Shown here: positions 1 to 10,605 of the stretch, piece by piece
Numbering within the stretch: position 1 is the first letter of the stretch
How the letters are laid out: every line of letters starts with the position of its first letter
Assembly (NCBI GenBank): GCA_028580875.1
Contig: JAJSDS010000001.1
Location: 3,295-67,294, forward strand
DNA: 64,000 nt
Direction of reading: 5' to 3'
Source: Nitrosotalea sp.
GTDB lineage: Archaea; Thermoproteota; Nitrososphaeria; Nitrososphaerales; Nitrosopumilaceae
Notes under the pieces: model-generated
Told to the model about the DNA's origin: nothing
Databases searched by the model: none
The model's input: the letters and a program-made list of their open reading frames with translations, nothing else
Position numbers and translations under genes: made by a program

Positions 1-316
1 TTTGGCAGATTTTGTAGATGACGTTATTTTTTGGTCTTGCATGAAACATTCAATCTTTATGTGATTTACTAAACAATGGCGTTTGCCAGGATATTTAGTA
101 TTGCTATTACACATGAGAACTTTTGAGATTTATGAAATAGTACAAGCAATTACGGCATAGAAATACAAGTTACAATCATACGTCTTATGGTATGACCCAA
201 AGATGATAATACAAATGGTAACAAAAACAGTCGATAAAGTAATTTTAGATGATTGTTATCAATAATGGAAATTTACTTTGTATTTAATATAGTAAAATTG
301 TTTATTTCAGCATGAC

Positions 317-1348
317 TTGAAAGCAGCAAGACTACACCAATATGGAAAACCTTTGCAGGTAGATGAAATCAACATACCTAAAGCAAAAGGCGAGAGTGTT
401 CTTGTAAGGGTCGGAGGTGCCGGAGTCTGTCACAGTGACTTGCATTTTATGAAAGGAGAATGGCAGAAAATACTCGATGTGAAACTGCCTCTTACTGTAG
501 GGCATGAGACCGCAGGACATGTAGAAGAAATGGGTGAATTGGTACAAGGGTTTTCAAAAGGCGATCCCGTGGCAATTTTTGGCGGATGGGGATGCGGAAT
601 TTGTCAAAACTGCAAAGACGGTCAGGAACAATTATGCAATTCTCCAAGATGGCCTGGACTTTCAAGATATGATGGAGGTTATTCAGAATACATCCTTGTT
701 CCAAGCTATAGATTTCTAGTCAAGGCCCAAGGTCTTAACCCCAAAGACATTGCACCATTGACTGATGCAGGACTAACGCCATACAGAGCAGTCAAAAAAG
801 TAAGAAACTTGTTAAACCCAGATTCCTTTGTACTAATAACTGGCATAGGAGGTCTTGGTAGCTATGCGATACAATATTTCAAACTTCTCTCACCTGCAAG
901 TGTAATAACAATAGTACGAAACAAGAAAAAAGCAAATCTTGCAAAAGAGATGGGCGCTGATCATATAATCAACACTTCAGAAGATGATGTTACAAGACAG
1001 ATAAATGAAATTACAAATTCAAATGGTGTAGATGTAGCATTAGACATTGTATGTGCAAAGGATACTCTTTCTACATCTGTTAATTCCCTGAAAAAACGTG
1101 GAACTTTAATTCTGGTTGGATTGATGGGAAGAACACTTGAGATGCCCATCATGCAATCTGTAATGAATGAGTATAATGTGTCGGGTTCCTTGTGGGGAAA
1201 TTACAACGAGTTAAACGAGGTCATATCTTTGGCAAGACTTGGAAAGATAAAAAGTTCAAATGAATTCTTTTCCCTCAAAGATGTGGGAAAGGCCATGGAA
1301 AAACTTGAATCTGGAAACATTGCAGGCAGAGCAGTTCTAATACCATAA
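317..1348 (+). CDS. adh: Zn-dependent alcohol dehydrogenase (MDR family)
   Basis: GVCHSD, GHE, structural Zn CxxCxxC...C, GIGGLG NAD-binding motif; TTG start. Confidence 0.9.
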   Translation: MKAARLHQYGKPLQVDEINIPKAKGESVLVRVGGAGVCHSDLHFMKGEWQKILDVKLPLTVGHETAGHVEEMGELVQGFSKGDPVAIFGGWGCGICQNCKDGQEQLCNSPRWPGLSRYDGGYSEYILVPSYRFLVKAQGLNPKDIAPLTDAGLTPYRAVKKVRNLLNPDSFVLITGIGGLGSYAIQYFKLLSPASVITIVRNKKKANLAKEMGADHIINTSEDDVTRQINEITNSNGVDVALDIVCAKDTLSTSVNSLKKRGTLILVGLMGRTLEMPIMQSVMNEYNVSGSLWGNYNELNEVISLARLGKIKSSNEFFSLKDVGKAMEKLESGNIAGRAVLIP

Positions 1349-1477
1349 CTGTTGAAAAAAATTTTGATAAATATTACAATATGCTCTGCCAGTAGCATCT
1401 TCATTAATTTTTGTTTGCTTAAAATCACATGTGTAAAATGTCGAAATAGTTATCCATAATGAAACCAATCACAATCA

Positions 1478-3715
1478 ATGAAATATGTTCGCAGGCTTGA
1501 AGAAATAACAAAGGAGGATATCGCCATTGCAGGTGGCAAAGGTGCAAACATGGGTGAAATGATTCGCATAGGTATGCCAGTTCCATCAGGATTCATCATA
1601 ACCACTGCTGCATTTGACAAATTAATCCAAATTCACAATATTGGAGAGAAGATCAAGACAATGTTAGATGAGGTCAATGTGGAAGATACCAATATGTTAA
1701 TGTCCACATCACAGAGAATAAAGGAACTAATCATTTCTCAAGGTTTTCCAAATGAAATAAGGAGTGAGATCGTAGAGGCTTACAAGAAATTATCCAGTGT
1801 AGACAAGGATGTTAAATCCAGTAGAAATTTAACTGAAAGTGATGCTGTGTTTGTGGCAGTCAGAAGCTCTGCCACCGCAGAAGACTTGCCAGAAGCATCA
1901 TTTGCTGGGCAACAGGCAAGCTTTCTAAACATAAAACATGAAGAAAATCTCATTGAAGCAGTAAAGAAATGCTGGGCATCTCTTTATGAACCGCGTGCCA
2001 TATTTTATAGGAGAATACACAATTTCAACAACCCAAGCATCGCAGTTGTTGTACAGAAAATGATAAACTCTGACAAGTCAGGTGTGATATTTACAGTAGA
2101 CCCAATATCGGGAGAAAATGTGATGACAATAGAATCCATCTGGGGTTTGGGAGAATATCTCGTACTGGGTGAAATCTCACCTGATCATTATGTAGTAGAT
2201 AAAACAGGAAAAGTCTTAGTTAAAAAAATAGGTCAAAAGCCAATTGCGTTGGTTCGAGATCATGCCACGGGTAAATCAATTCAGATAAAGACATCTGATG
2301 AGAAAATTGGAGCCCAAGTTCTAACTGATAATGAGATTTCCAAACTAGTAAAGTATGGAAAACAGCTCGAAGAGCATTATGGAAAACCACAAGACGCAGA
2401 ATTTGCAATTGAGCAGTCCAGCATAATGATTGTTCAGACTAGGCCTGTCACTACAAAGACAAAGATTACTGAAAGCAAGATGACTGGAGTCAAGATTTTG
2501 CAGGGAACTGGTGCATCTCCTGGAATTGCAACTGGGAAAGTAAAGATTGTAAAAAACATAAGAGAGATTATAAAAATTGAAGAGGGTGACATACTGGTCA
2601 CAGCAATGACTTCACCAGACCTTGTTCCAAAGATGAGTAAATCCGCTGCAATCATAACAGATCTTGGCGGAGCTACTTCTCATGCTGCTATCGTATCACG
2701 CGAAATGGGATTGCCGGCCATCGTCGGTACTGGAAACGGGACAAGCATTTTGAGAGACGGGCAAATCGTTACTGTAGATGCATACAAGGGCATAGTTTAC
2801 GAGGGAGTTGTTTCCATCAAAGAGGAAAAACCGCGTGACTTGTCACATCTAGAAAAAACCAAAACAAAGGTCAAAGTGAATCTAGTTTTTGCAGACAAGA
2901 TAGAAGTTGCTTCAATAACTGATGGGGTTGGATTACTACGAATAGAACATATGGTTACTAAATCTGGAATACATCCTGCAAAACTTGTTCGAGAAGGCAG
3001 ATCTGAGGAATACGTCCAGATTTTGATAAATGGAATAAAACCAATAGCTGCTAAATTTTATCCAAATCCAGTATGGGTTAGAACTTTGGACGCAAGAAGT
3101 GATGAGTTTAGAAATTTAGACGGTGGAGATGTAGAACCATATGAAGACAATCCAATGCTCGGCTGGCACGGGATAAGAAGGAGTCTAGATGAGCCAGACA
3201 TATTGAAAGCAGAATTTAAAGCAATAAAGAGAATGCGTGCAGAAGGATTAGACAATATTCACATAATGCTCCCATTTGTAATCATACCTAGTGAGTTCAA
3301 GAAGGCAAGAGACATAGCAGACGAAATTGGAATGGGTGATAATTTCAACATGGGAATAATGGTTGAAACACCTGCTTGTGTGTTTTCTATAGACGAGTTT
3401 TGCAAGGAAGGAATTGATTTTGCAAGTTTTGGAACAAATGACCTTACCATGCTTACTTTGGGAGTTGACAGGAACAATGCAAAGATTGCCAAATTACACT
3501 CCGAGTTTCATCCATCTGTTTTGCATATGCTTCATCATGTTATCGACAGATGTAACAAGTACAACGTAGAGAGCTCCATATGTGGAGAAGCTGGAAGCAA
3601 CCCCGAAATGGTAAAACTGCTTGTTAAATTTGGAATAAAGAGTGTATCATGTAATATTGATGCAGTTTACAAGATTCGCGAAGCTGTTTTGTCAGCAGAA
3701 AAAGAACAACACTAG
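1478..3715 (+). CDS. ppsA: Phosphoenolpyruvate synthase (pyruvate, water dikinase)
   Basis: AGGKGANMGE, VAVRSSATAEDLPEASFAGQ, phospho-His TSHAAIVSRE, NPMLGWHG, SICGE. Confidence 0.93.
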   Translation: MKYVRRLEEITKEDIAIAGGKGANMGEMIRIGMPVPSGFIITTAAFDKLIQIHNIGEKIKTMLDEVNVEDTNMLMSTSQRIKELIISQGFPNEIRSEIVEAYKKLSSVDKDVKSSRNLTESDAVFVAVRSSATAEDLPEASFAGQQASFLNIKHEENLIEAVKKCWASLYEPRAIFYRRIHNFNNPSIAVVVQKMINSDKSGVIFTVDPISGENVMTIESIWGLGEYLVLGEISPDHYVVDKTGKVLVKKIGQKPIALVRDHATGKSIQIKTSDEKIGAQVLTDNEISKLVKYGKQLEEHYGKPQDAEFAIEQSSIMIVQTRPVTTKTKITESKMTGVKILQGTGASPGIATGKVKIVKNIREIIKIEEGDILVTAMTSPDLVPKMSKSAAIITDLGGATSHAAIVSREMGLPAIVGTGNGTSILRDGQIVTVDAYKGIVYEGVVSIKEEKPRDLSHLEKTKTKVKVNLVFADKIEVASITDGVGLLRIEHMVTKSGIHPAKLVREGRSEEYVQILINGIKPIAAKFYPNPVWVRTLDARSDEFRNLDGGDVEPYEDNPMLGWHGIRRSLDEPDILKAEFKAIKRMRAEGLDNIHIMLPFVIIPSEFKKARDIADEIGMGDNFNMGIMVETPACVFSIDEFCKEGIDFASFGTNDLTMLTLGVDRNNAKIAKLHSEFHPSVLHMLHHVIDRCNKYNVESSICGEAGSNPEMVKLLVKFGIKSVSCNIDAVYKIREAVLSAEKEQH

Positions 3716-3718
3716 AGA

Positions 3719-4147
3719 TCAGGTTTTTAAAACATCAAGTGATAACTCAGTAGTCTTTTTAATTTCAATTAGAAGATCTTTGAGTATTTGTTCATTGCCT
3801 ATTGGTCCTTTCTGCTGTAGTTCAGTATTATAGTACTTCATCCAAGAATACGTGTGTTCTAAATTCTTGATGATATCAAATGGAAACAGTGTCTGTTTTC
3901 CAGACAATATAACAGAATCCCAGACATCTGTAAAAAATGGTTTGTAATCTTTGTATTGATCCGACTCTTTAATGAATCGCAGTTTTCTAACCAAATCCTC
4001 TTCTATTAGCAATAGTATTTTTTTTCTCACAATGTTATTTTCATTTTTCTGGACGCGTCTGTAATTCCAATGCTCAACATATATTGCACCAAATATCATT
4101 GCTGCCAATATGACAGATTCAACTAGAAGGTAATCCCAATCAACCAT
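3719..4147 (-). CDS. Hypothetical protein with N-terminal TM helix
   Basis: 142-aa ORF filling the gap, hydrophobic N-terminus. Confidence 0.7.
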   Translation of the reverse strand: MVDWDYLLVESVILAAMIFGAIYVEHWNYRRVQKNENNIVRKKILLLIEEDLVRKLRFIKESDQYKDYKPFFTDVWDSVILSGKQTLFPFDIIKNLEHTYSWMKYYNTELQQKGPIGNEQILKDLLIEIKKTTELSLDVLKT

Positions 4148-4406
4148 AAACTATTACACCCCTCTGTGTCATAATGAACCAGCAACAGTAGGTAAACCAA
4201 AGTCTTATCAAGTAAAATAAGGAACTTGCAGTTATTTATTCATACAACATACCAACAAATCACAAATTAAATAAATATTGAGAAATTACCATTAGTTTAA
4301 TAAAAAAAATTAAGATGTCATGCTAGAACTGATCTAGTGTAACCTCAGGATTCATTGTTGTTTTATTGAAATTAGGAAAAGGTAAAAACATTAAAAATAA
4401 AAAAGT

Positions 4407-4628
4407 TTAGAGTTTATTGCCTTTTACGTCGGCAATAAGCAAATCACGTAACATACCAGCATGTCTTTCCTCATCAGATCTTATTGTTTCCCAAATTGTT
4501 TTTGTCTTTTCATCACCAATTTTTTGGGCGTCTTCGATGTATCGGCCTACGTGGGACAAGAACTCTAATTTCTTTGCGAGTTGCTTTGTTATGTTGTAAC
4601 AATTGTCAGTTAGACAAAGTTTTTGCAT
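4407..4628 (-). CDS. Small ferritin-like helical protein
   Basis: 73 aa, YIEDA...DEERHA (ExxH) pattern of ferritin-like half bundles. Confidence 0.65.
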   Translation of the reverse strand: MQKLCLTDNCYNITKQLAKKLEFLSHVGRYIEDAQKIGDEKTKTIWETIRSDEERHAGMLRDLLIADVKGNKL

Positions 4629-4933
4629 TAGTCTAGGACATGGAAGAATTTACTTTAACATGATACATAATTATCAGAAATGAAAATCTAGATCATTGTT
4701 TTATTATTCAAAATGATATAGTATGTAGGTAATAGCCAAGCAAGAAAAAACAGATCCGAAAGGAAATGTTTTCAAGATGACTGATGACCAAAGGATCATC
4801 AAGCTCTGAATCTTGTACGGTTGTTGCCTTTTTTATTTACCATATTGTCAGTCTCATGATGTCTGTAAATGCCCATTATCAGAAATGATATTGGTCTTGA
4901 CCATTTAATACATTTGAATTATAATCCAGTTTA

Positions 4934-5599
4934 ATGGTCAGTAGTTATGTCATCATTGGCATCATAGCAGGAGTCTTTATCGCAGGTTTAGCTGTTGGAA
5001 ATATCATATCTCAGTCATATGAACACTCAAATGCGGTTCAAAATTCTCCCGTTCCAGGTCCCATGGGTTGGATAGATCCAAGCCTACCACATACTTGGAT
5101 GAATAGCATGATGTCAGATCCTGATACTATGCAAAATTGGATAAACTTGATGATGAAGAATCCTCTTTTTATGAACAAATTAATGACAACTATGATGTCA
5201 AATTCTGATTTCAGACAACAGTATATGGGGCCATGGGTTATGACACAATATGGCAGTCCATTGCATGGTGCAATGACTAGTTTACCTCCTGCTCAGAATT
5301 CTACATTCTATCAGCATATGACAATCAACACGGATAGAGTTTCCATAGTGAATGGGGCATGGCAAATAAACACGACTGAATCATATCATCCCACCATAAT
5401 CAAAGTAAATACCGGTACAACTGTAACATGGACAAATGATGATAGCATCATTCACACGGTAACTGACATGAATGGAAAGTTTGATTCAGATCTGATTCAA
5501 CCCGGAGCAGGTTGGAGTTACACGTTTTACAATGAAGGTAAATACACATACTATTGTACAATCCACCCATGGATGAAAGGCCTGGTAATTGTAGCCTAA
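4934..5599 (+). CDS. Membrane-anchored cupredoxin (plastocyanin/azurin-like) with Met-rich linker
   Basis: N-terminal TM; VTWTN..HTV and YYCTIHPWM type-1 Cu ligands; Met-rich middle. Confidence 0.88.
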   Translation: MVSSYVIIGIIAGVFIAGLAVGNIISQSYEHSNAVQNSPVPGPMGWIDPSLPHTWMNSMMSDPDTMQNWINLMMKNPLFMNKLMTTMMSNSDFRQQYMGPWVMTQYGSPLHGAMTSLPPAQNSTFYQHMTINTDRVSIVNGAWQINTTESYHPTIIKVNTGTTVTWTNDDSIIHTVTDMNGKFDSDLIQPGAGWSYTFYNEGKYTYYCTIHPWMKGLVIVA

Positions 5600-5760
5600 T
5601 TTCTGCAATGTTAACACATTCATAACGATGTACAAGAATTGGAAATAGCATATATTCAATTCCCCCCCCCCACTTGAAAACTTGTTCAGGGTACCATTAT
5701 ACCATATTTAAAATCAGTATTCAGTTTTTAACATGGATAATGTTTACGTACTATTGCAAT

Positions 5761-7179
5761 ATGGCATATAATGTGACAAACAAATTCCATATTGGATTTT
5801 CCACATTAAGTGAGGAACTCAGCCTTGAAGACCTGCCAGTAAGAGGAACAATTCCAAACTGGCTCTCAGGTACTTTAATCAGAAATGGACCTGCCAAGTT
5901 TGAGGTAGGAAAAGAAAAGTTTCGACATTGGTTTGATGGACTGGCAATGCTTCACAAGTTTTCTTTCAAAGATGGCAAGGTTTCATATGCAAACAAGTTT
6001 CTAGAAAGCGAGGCATTCAAGTCTGCAAAAAAGACAGACAAGATTAGCTACAGAGAATTTGCAACTGATCCATGCCGTTCAATATTCAAGCGTGTATCAT
6101 CCATGTTTTCAAGCAAGTTCACAGATAATGCCAATGTAAACATAACAAGGATATCTGAGCGCTTTGTGGCAATGACTGAGACTCCACTCCCGGTGGAGTT
6201 TGATCTAAACACACTCAAGACAGTAGGAGTCTTTTCCTATGATGATAAGATAGAGTCAGGGCTTACAACTGCACATCCACACTATGATTTTGTGCAAAAA
6301 CAAATAGTCAATTATGCTACAAAAATTGCTCGGGCAAGCAATTACAACATATACAAAATTACAGATGGAACAAATTGTAGAGACCTGATTAATTCTACAC
6401 CTGTAGAAGAGCCAGCATATATGCACAGTTTTGGCATGACAGAAAATCATGTTATACTTGTCGAGTATCCATTTGTTGTAAAACCGCTTGATCTTTTATT
6501 GAGTGGTAAACCATTCATTGAGAACTTTACTTGGAAACCTGAAAGAGGAACCAGATTCATAGTAGTAAACAGACAAAATGGAAATCTTGTAGGGACATTC
6601 AAGAGCAAGGCTTTTTTTGCATTCCATCATGTCAATGCATTTGAAAAACAAGGAGAGATTTTTGTCGATGTTGTAGCCTATGATGACTCATCCATTGTCA
6701 ATGCGCTATACCTTGACGTACTACGAGGCCAAAGAGACAGCGTCATTCCCACCAGCCAGATTAGACGATATCAAATATCCCTTCAAGGAGGATCCGTAGA
6801 ATACGAGACCCTCTCAAGTGAGTTTGTCGAGTTGCCACGCATAAACTACAAACAGTACAACACAAAGGACTATCGCTTTGTCTACGGAATATCAACATAC
6901 GGTGCAGATGATTTTGCAAATCAGTTGGTAAAAATAGATATTTTACAAAAAACTTCAAAGACATGGTCTGAAAAAGATTGTTATCCAGGAGAGCCAGTTT
7001 TTGTTGCAACGCCTGGTGCAAACAGAGAAGATGACGGCGTGATTATTTCCGTAGTGCTTGATGCTACAAACAGTAAATCATTTTTGCTTGTACTAGATGC
7101 TACAACATTTGAAGAAATAGCCAGGGCCCAAGTTCCACACCACATTCCGTTTGGATTTCATGGTAACTATTTTGAATGA
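5761..7179 (+). CDS. Carotenoid cleavage dioxygenase (RPE65/CCD family)
   Basis: [13 protein letters not shown], four Fe-ligand His (TAHPH, YMHSF, FHHVN, GFHG); ATG 5761 preferred over upstream TTG 5674. Confidence 0.92.
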   Translation: MAYNVTNKFHIGFSTLSEELSLEDLPVRGTIPNWLSGTLIRNGPAKFEVGKEKFRHWFDGLAMLHKFSFKDGKVSYANKFLESEAFKSAKKTDKISYREFATDPCRSIFKRVSSMFSSKFTDNANVNITRISERFVAMTETPLPVEFDLNTLKTVGVFSYDDKIESGLTTAHPHYDFVQKQIVNYATKIARASNYNIYKITDGTNCRDLINSTPVEEPAYMHSFGMTENHVILVEYPFVVKPLDLLLSGKPFIENFTWKPERGTRFIVVNRQNGNLVGTFKSKAFFAFHHVNAFEKQGEIFVDVVAYDDSSIVNALYLDVLRGQRDSVIPTSQIRRYQISLQGGSVEYETLSSEFVELPRINYKQYNTKDYRFVYGISTYGADDFANQLVKIDILQKTSKTWSEKDCYPGEPVFVATPGANREDDGVIISVVLDATNSKSFLLVLDATTFEEIARAQVPHHIPFGFHGNYFE

Positions 7180-7226
7180 GTTTCAGAAGAGTCATATTTT
7201 CAAAAAGATATTAAAAACATCAAGCA

Positions 7227-8291
7227 ATGACTGACCTTTATCGAATTTTGCCAGAGGAGATGGATGAGATTGTAGTCAAACTTGGTCAGCCAAAATACAG
7301 AGCAGGACAGTTGCTTCGCGCATTATACCATGAATCACCAAGAAAAATGTCAGATTTGCATCAAATTCCATCTGCGATGAGAGATGCTTTGATTGCAGCT
7401 GGATATACAATAGGTTCTGAAGAGGAAGTAAGTCGAGTTGTAAGCGAAGACAATCACACTACAAAATTACTTTTGAAATTTGATGAGCAGACCCTCATTG
7501 AGACAGTTCTGATGCAATATAGTCCATCTCAAGACAAGACACATCCCAGGTCAACTGTTTGCGTATCCACCCAAGTTGGTTGTCCAATGGGTTGTGTGTT
7601 TTGCGCCACTGGCCAAATGGGTTTTGAAAAAAACCTAAAGGCTGAAGAGATTGTCTCTCAAGTATTACACTTTGCTAGAATTTTACGCAAAAGAGGAGAG
7701 CATGTTACAAATCTCGTATTCATGGGAATGGGAGAACCGCTTGCAAACTATGATGAAACTGTGCGAGCAATAAGATTACTTACACACCCTCGTGCTTTTG
7801 GGCTTGGACAACGAAGTATTACAATTTCCACAGTCGGAGTAATACCAGCAATCGACCGTCTTGCTGACGAAGACCTCCAAGTAAAGCTTGCAATCTCACT
7901 TCATGCTCCAAATGATGAATTGCGTAAACGACTAGTGCCAACAGCAGGACCACATTCAGTTGAAGACTTGATCTCCGCTGCAAAATGCTATTTCAAAAAG
8001 ACGGGACGTCGTGTCACTTTTGAATATGCGTTAATTGATGGAATAAACGACTCGACAAAAATTGCATCAGAATTGGCACGTATTTTGAAAGGCAATGGTG
8101 CACATGTCAATCTTATCCCAATGAATCCCACTGCAGGAGGTTTTAGTCGCCCTGCAAGGAAAAAAGTATTGGCATTTCAGCAGATACTTCGCAATGGAGA
8201 TGTCAATTGCACCGTACGTGTTGAGAAAGGCTCAGAGATCTCTGCAGCATGCGGTCAGCTACGAACAGACATGGTAAAAAATATCCGCTAA
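7227..8291 (+). CDS. rlmN: 23S rRNA m2A2503 / tRNA methyltransferase RlmN (radical SAM)
   Basis: CPMGCVFC, MGMGEP, ISLHA, C-terminal AACGQL. Confidence 0.93.
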   Translation: MTDLYRILPEEMDEIVVKLGQPKYRAGQLLRALYHESPRKMSDLHQIPSAMRDALIAAGYTIGSEEEVSRVVSEDNHTTKLLLKFDEQTLIETVLMQYSPSQDKTHPRSTVCVSTQVGCPMGCVFCATGQMGFEKNLKAEEIVSQVLHFARILRKRGEHVTNLVFMGMGEPLANYDETVRAIRLLTHPRAFGLGQRSITISTVGVIPAIDRLADEDLQVKLAISLHAPNDELRKRLVPTAGPHSVEDLISAAKCYFKKTGRRVTFEYALIDGINDSTKIASELARILKGNGAHVNLIPMNPTAGGFSRPARKKVLAFQQILRNGDVNCTVRVEKGSEISAACGQLRTDMVKNIR

Positions 8292-8338
8292 TTATTAAAC
8301 TGGAAACCTCTAAATTAAAATGAACCCAAGTTACACAC

Positions 8339-8554
8339 ATGGTTCTAACAAATCGTGAAAAGACGATAATAATTACATCTCACTTGGTTTCACTTTATTC
8401 CGAAATGATTGAAGAGGGGAAGATACCCCAGAATCAATCAGTTATTGATTTTTTGATGAAGACCATCCCTAAAGAATACAAGCCAGATATTTCCATAGAC
8501 TTGATCGATGACGTGTTTATGTTCATCTCAAGTAGACCCATGGAACTTTCATAA
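8339..8554 (+). CDS. Small hypothetical protein
   Basis: 71-aa ORF co-oriented between rlmN and purP. Confidence 0.55.
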   Translation: MVLTNREKTIIITSHLVSLYSEMIEEGKIPQNQSVIDFLMKTIPKEYKPDISIDLIDDVFMFISSRPMELS

Positions 8555-8578
8555 ACCCCTGAGAAGAGATGACATGAT

Positions 8579-9604
8579 ATGACCTCAATTGCTACCCTTG
8601 GTTCACACTGTGCTCTCCAAGTACTCAAAGGTGCAAAAGATGAAGGTTTCAAGACCATTCTAGTATGTGAGAAAAAACGTGAAAGACTTTACAAGAGATT
8701 TCAGTTCATAGACGAGTACATACTTGTGGATTCATTCAAAGAAGTAATGAACCAGAAATGTTCTGGAATTCTCAAAGAAAATAATGCAGTCATCATACCA
8801 CATGGTACACTCATTGCTCAAATGAGTTCAGAAGAAATAGAATCAATCAAGACGCCAATATTTGGAAACAAGTGGATTCTCAGATGGGAGTCTGACAGAA
8901 ACATGAAAGAAAAATTAATGGTAGAATCAAAATTAAAGATTCCAAGATCTTTGCACGGCCCAAGTGACATCAAGGGTTTGACAATTGCAAAAAGACATGG
9001 AGCCGCAGGAGGTAAGGGATATTTTCTTGCAACAAATGAAGAAGACTATATCAAAAAAAGAGACAAGTTGGTAAGAGAAGGAGTAATCAAGGGCGACCAA
9101 GACTTGTACTTGCAAGAATATGCCTTGGGAGTCTCTGCATATTTACAATATTTCTATTCTGAGCTGAGTGGACAGTTGGAATTTTTTGGTGTCGATAGAA
9201 GATACGAGTCAGACATTGATGGTCTTGGAAGAATTCCAGCACAAGAACAAATTGATGTAGACTTGATTCCGTCATTTAATGTAGTAGGAAACAGCCCTCT
9301 AGTTTTGCGAGAGTCTTTGCTAGAAGACGTATATGCAATGGGAGAAAGATTCGTAGATGCAGCAAAAAGACTTGTTGCGCCAGGCATGACAGGACCTTTC
9401 TGTCTTGAAGGAGTATATGACGAAAACGGTAAATTCACCACGTTTGAGTTTTCTGCAAGAATAGTGGCAGGAACAAACCTCTACGTAGATGGCTCACCAT
9501 ATTCATCATTGATTTTTGATGAGCCAATGAGTATGGGAAGAAGAATTGCCCGAGAGATCAAGAACGCGGATAGCAAAAACAGCCTATCAAAAATAGTTAC
9601 GTGA
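8579..9604 (+). CDS. purP: Formate--AICAR ligase PurP (ATP-grasp)
   Basis: IATLGSHCALQ, IIPHG, AGGKGYF, FEFSARIVAGTN. Confidence 0.9.
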   Translation: MTSIATLGSHCALQVLKGAKDEGFKTILVCEKKRERLYKRFQFIDEYILVDSFKEVMNQKCSGILKENNAVIIPHGTLIAQMSSEEIESIKTPIFGNKWILRWESDRNMKEKLMVESKLKIPRSLHGPSDIKGLTIAKRHGAAGGKGYFLATNEEDYIKKRDKLVREGVIKGDQDLYLQEYALGVSAYLQYFYSELSGQLEFFGVDRRYESDIDGLGRIPAQEQIDVDLIPSFNVVGNSPLVLRESLLEDVYAMGERFVDAAKRLVAPGMTGPFCLEGVYDENGKFTTFEFSARIVAGTNLYVDGSPYSSLIFDEPMSMGRRIAREIKNADSKNSLSKIVT

Positions 9605-9651
9605 TGGTTTCAAGATATCACATTGTAATAGTAAATCAGGTTTTTGTGATT

Positions 9652-10500
9652 CTATGCTCCGCCAAGTGTTACAATAAGATCTGTAATAAAACCTGCACAC
9701 AGACCTACAAAAATTCCAACCATCAAGATATTGTTGGTAGTTTGTCTCCTACCTGTATTGTACATGAGCATTGATACATAGATTAGCGCACCTCCTGCCA
9801 GGGACAAAAACAAAATGTATGCAACGTCTGAGATCCACAAGCTTCCAAGCATCGTACCTACAAAGGTTGGGCCTCCTCCAATCAAACCTACTTTTGCCAA
9901 GAATTTTGCATTTGGTTTTTTTAATATTCCAGTGAGTGGCCCCGCAATGCCAAACCCTTCAGTAGTGTTGTGAGCCCCAAATCCAATTATCAATATGATT
10001 GCAAGACCAATCTCTCCTGCCACATAGGATTGTCCGATTGCAAGGCCTTCACTAAAGTTGTGTGCGCCAATTCCTATTGCAATCATCATTGCAAGCTTGT
10101 ATGCGTTTGCTTCGTGGAATAATTTGTGCAGATGTTCGTCTCCCTCCTTCAGATTGTCAAGCGACAATATCTGCGGGAAACTTTTTGTCATGAGTTTTGT
10201 TTCATAAAATACCAATCCAAGCAAGCCAATTGCAATCCCTCCAAAGAGTGCTGCAAGATCAATTACTGCATCTTCAATTGAGCCCTTTCCTGCAGATGCA
10301 TTTGTTGCAGCAGTAGATGCAGTCTCCCAACCATGGCTGAAGACATCAATTATGAGAAATACTAGAATTCCAAGTGCAAACGCGTTAAGAAATCCCTTTT
10401 TTTTCGGACTGAGATTTTGCAATACTGCCACAGGAAGACCAAGGAATATCGTAAAACCAGCTATTGCGCCAAGCAACAAAAGCTGCCAATAGTCAATCAT
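9652..10500 (-). CDS. ZIP family divalent metal transporter
   Basis: GIGAHNFSEGLAIG and HNTTEGF TM4/TM5 signatures; multiple TM helices. Confidence 0.9.
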   Translation of the reverse strand: MIDYWQLLLLGAIAGFTIFLGLPVAVLQNLSPKKKGFLNAFALGILVFLIIDVFSHGWETASTAATNASAGKGSIEDAVIDLAALFGGIAIGLLGLVFYETKLMTKSFPQILSLDNLKEGDEHLHKLFHEANAYKLAMMIAIGIGAHNFSEGLAIGQSYVAGEIGLAIILIIGFGAHNTTEGFGIAGPLTGILKKPNAKFLAKVGLIGGGPTFVGTMLGSLWISDVAYILFLSLAGGALIYVSMLMYNTGRRQTTNNILMVGIFVGLCAGFITDLIVTLGGA

Positions 10501-10605
10501 TGATCAAATTAGGACTAGCTAACTTATTTAAACGACGGACTTGTTCTACGATTTTAGAATAGCACATGTCGTTTAAATAGTTAGGCTTGCCTAATTCAGA
10601 AAATA

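Noticed and set aside
1-42. Possible minus-strand gene start MQDQKITSSTKSAK running off the window
   Set aside because: Only 14 codons are visible, so it cannot be supported
4775-4812. TGATGA..CTGA resembling C/D box sRNA
   Set aside because: The boxes are only about 18 nt apart with no convincing second pair or guide
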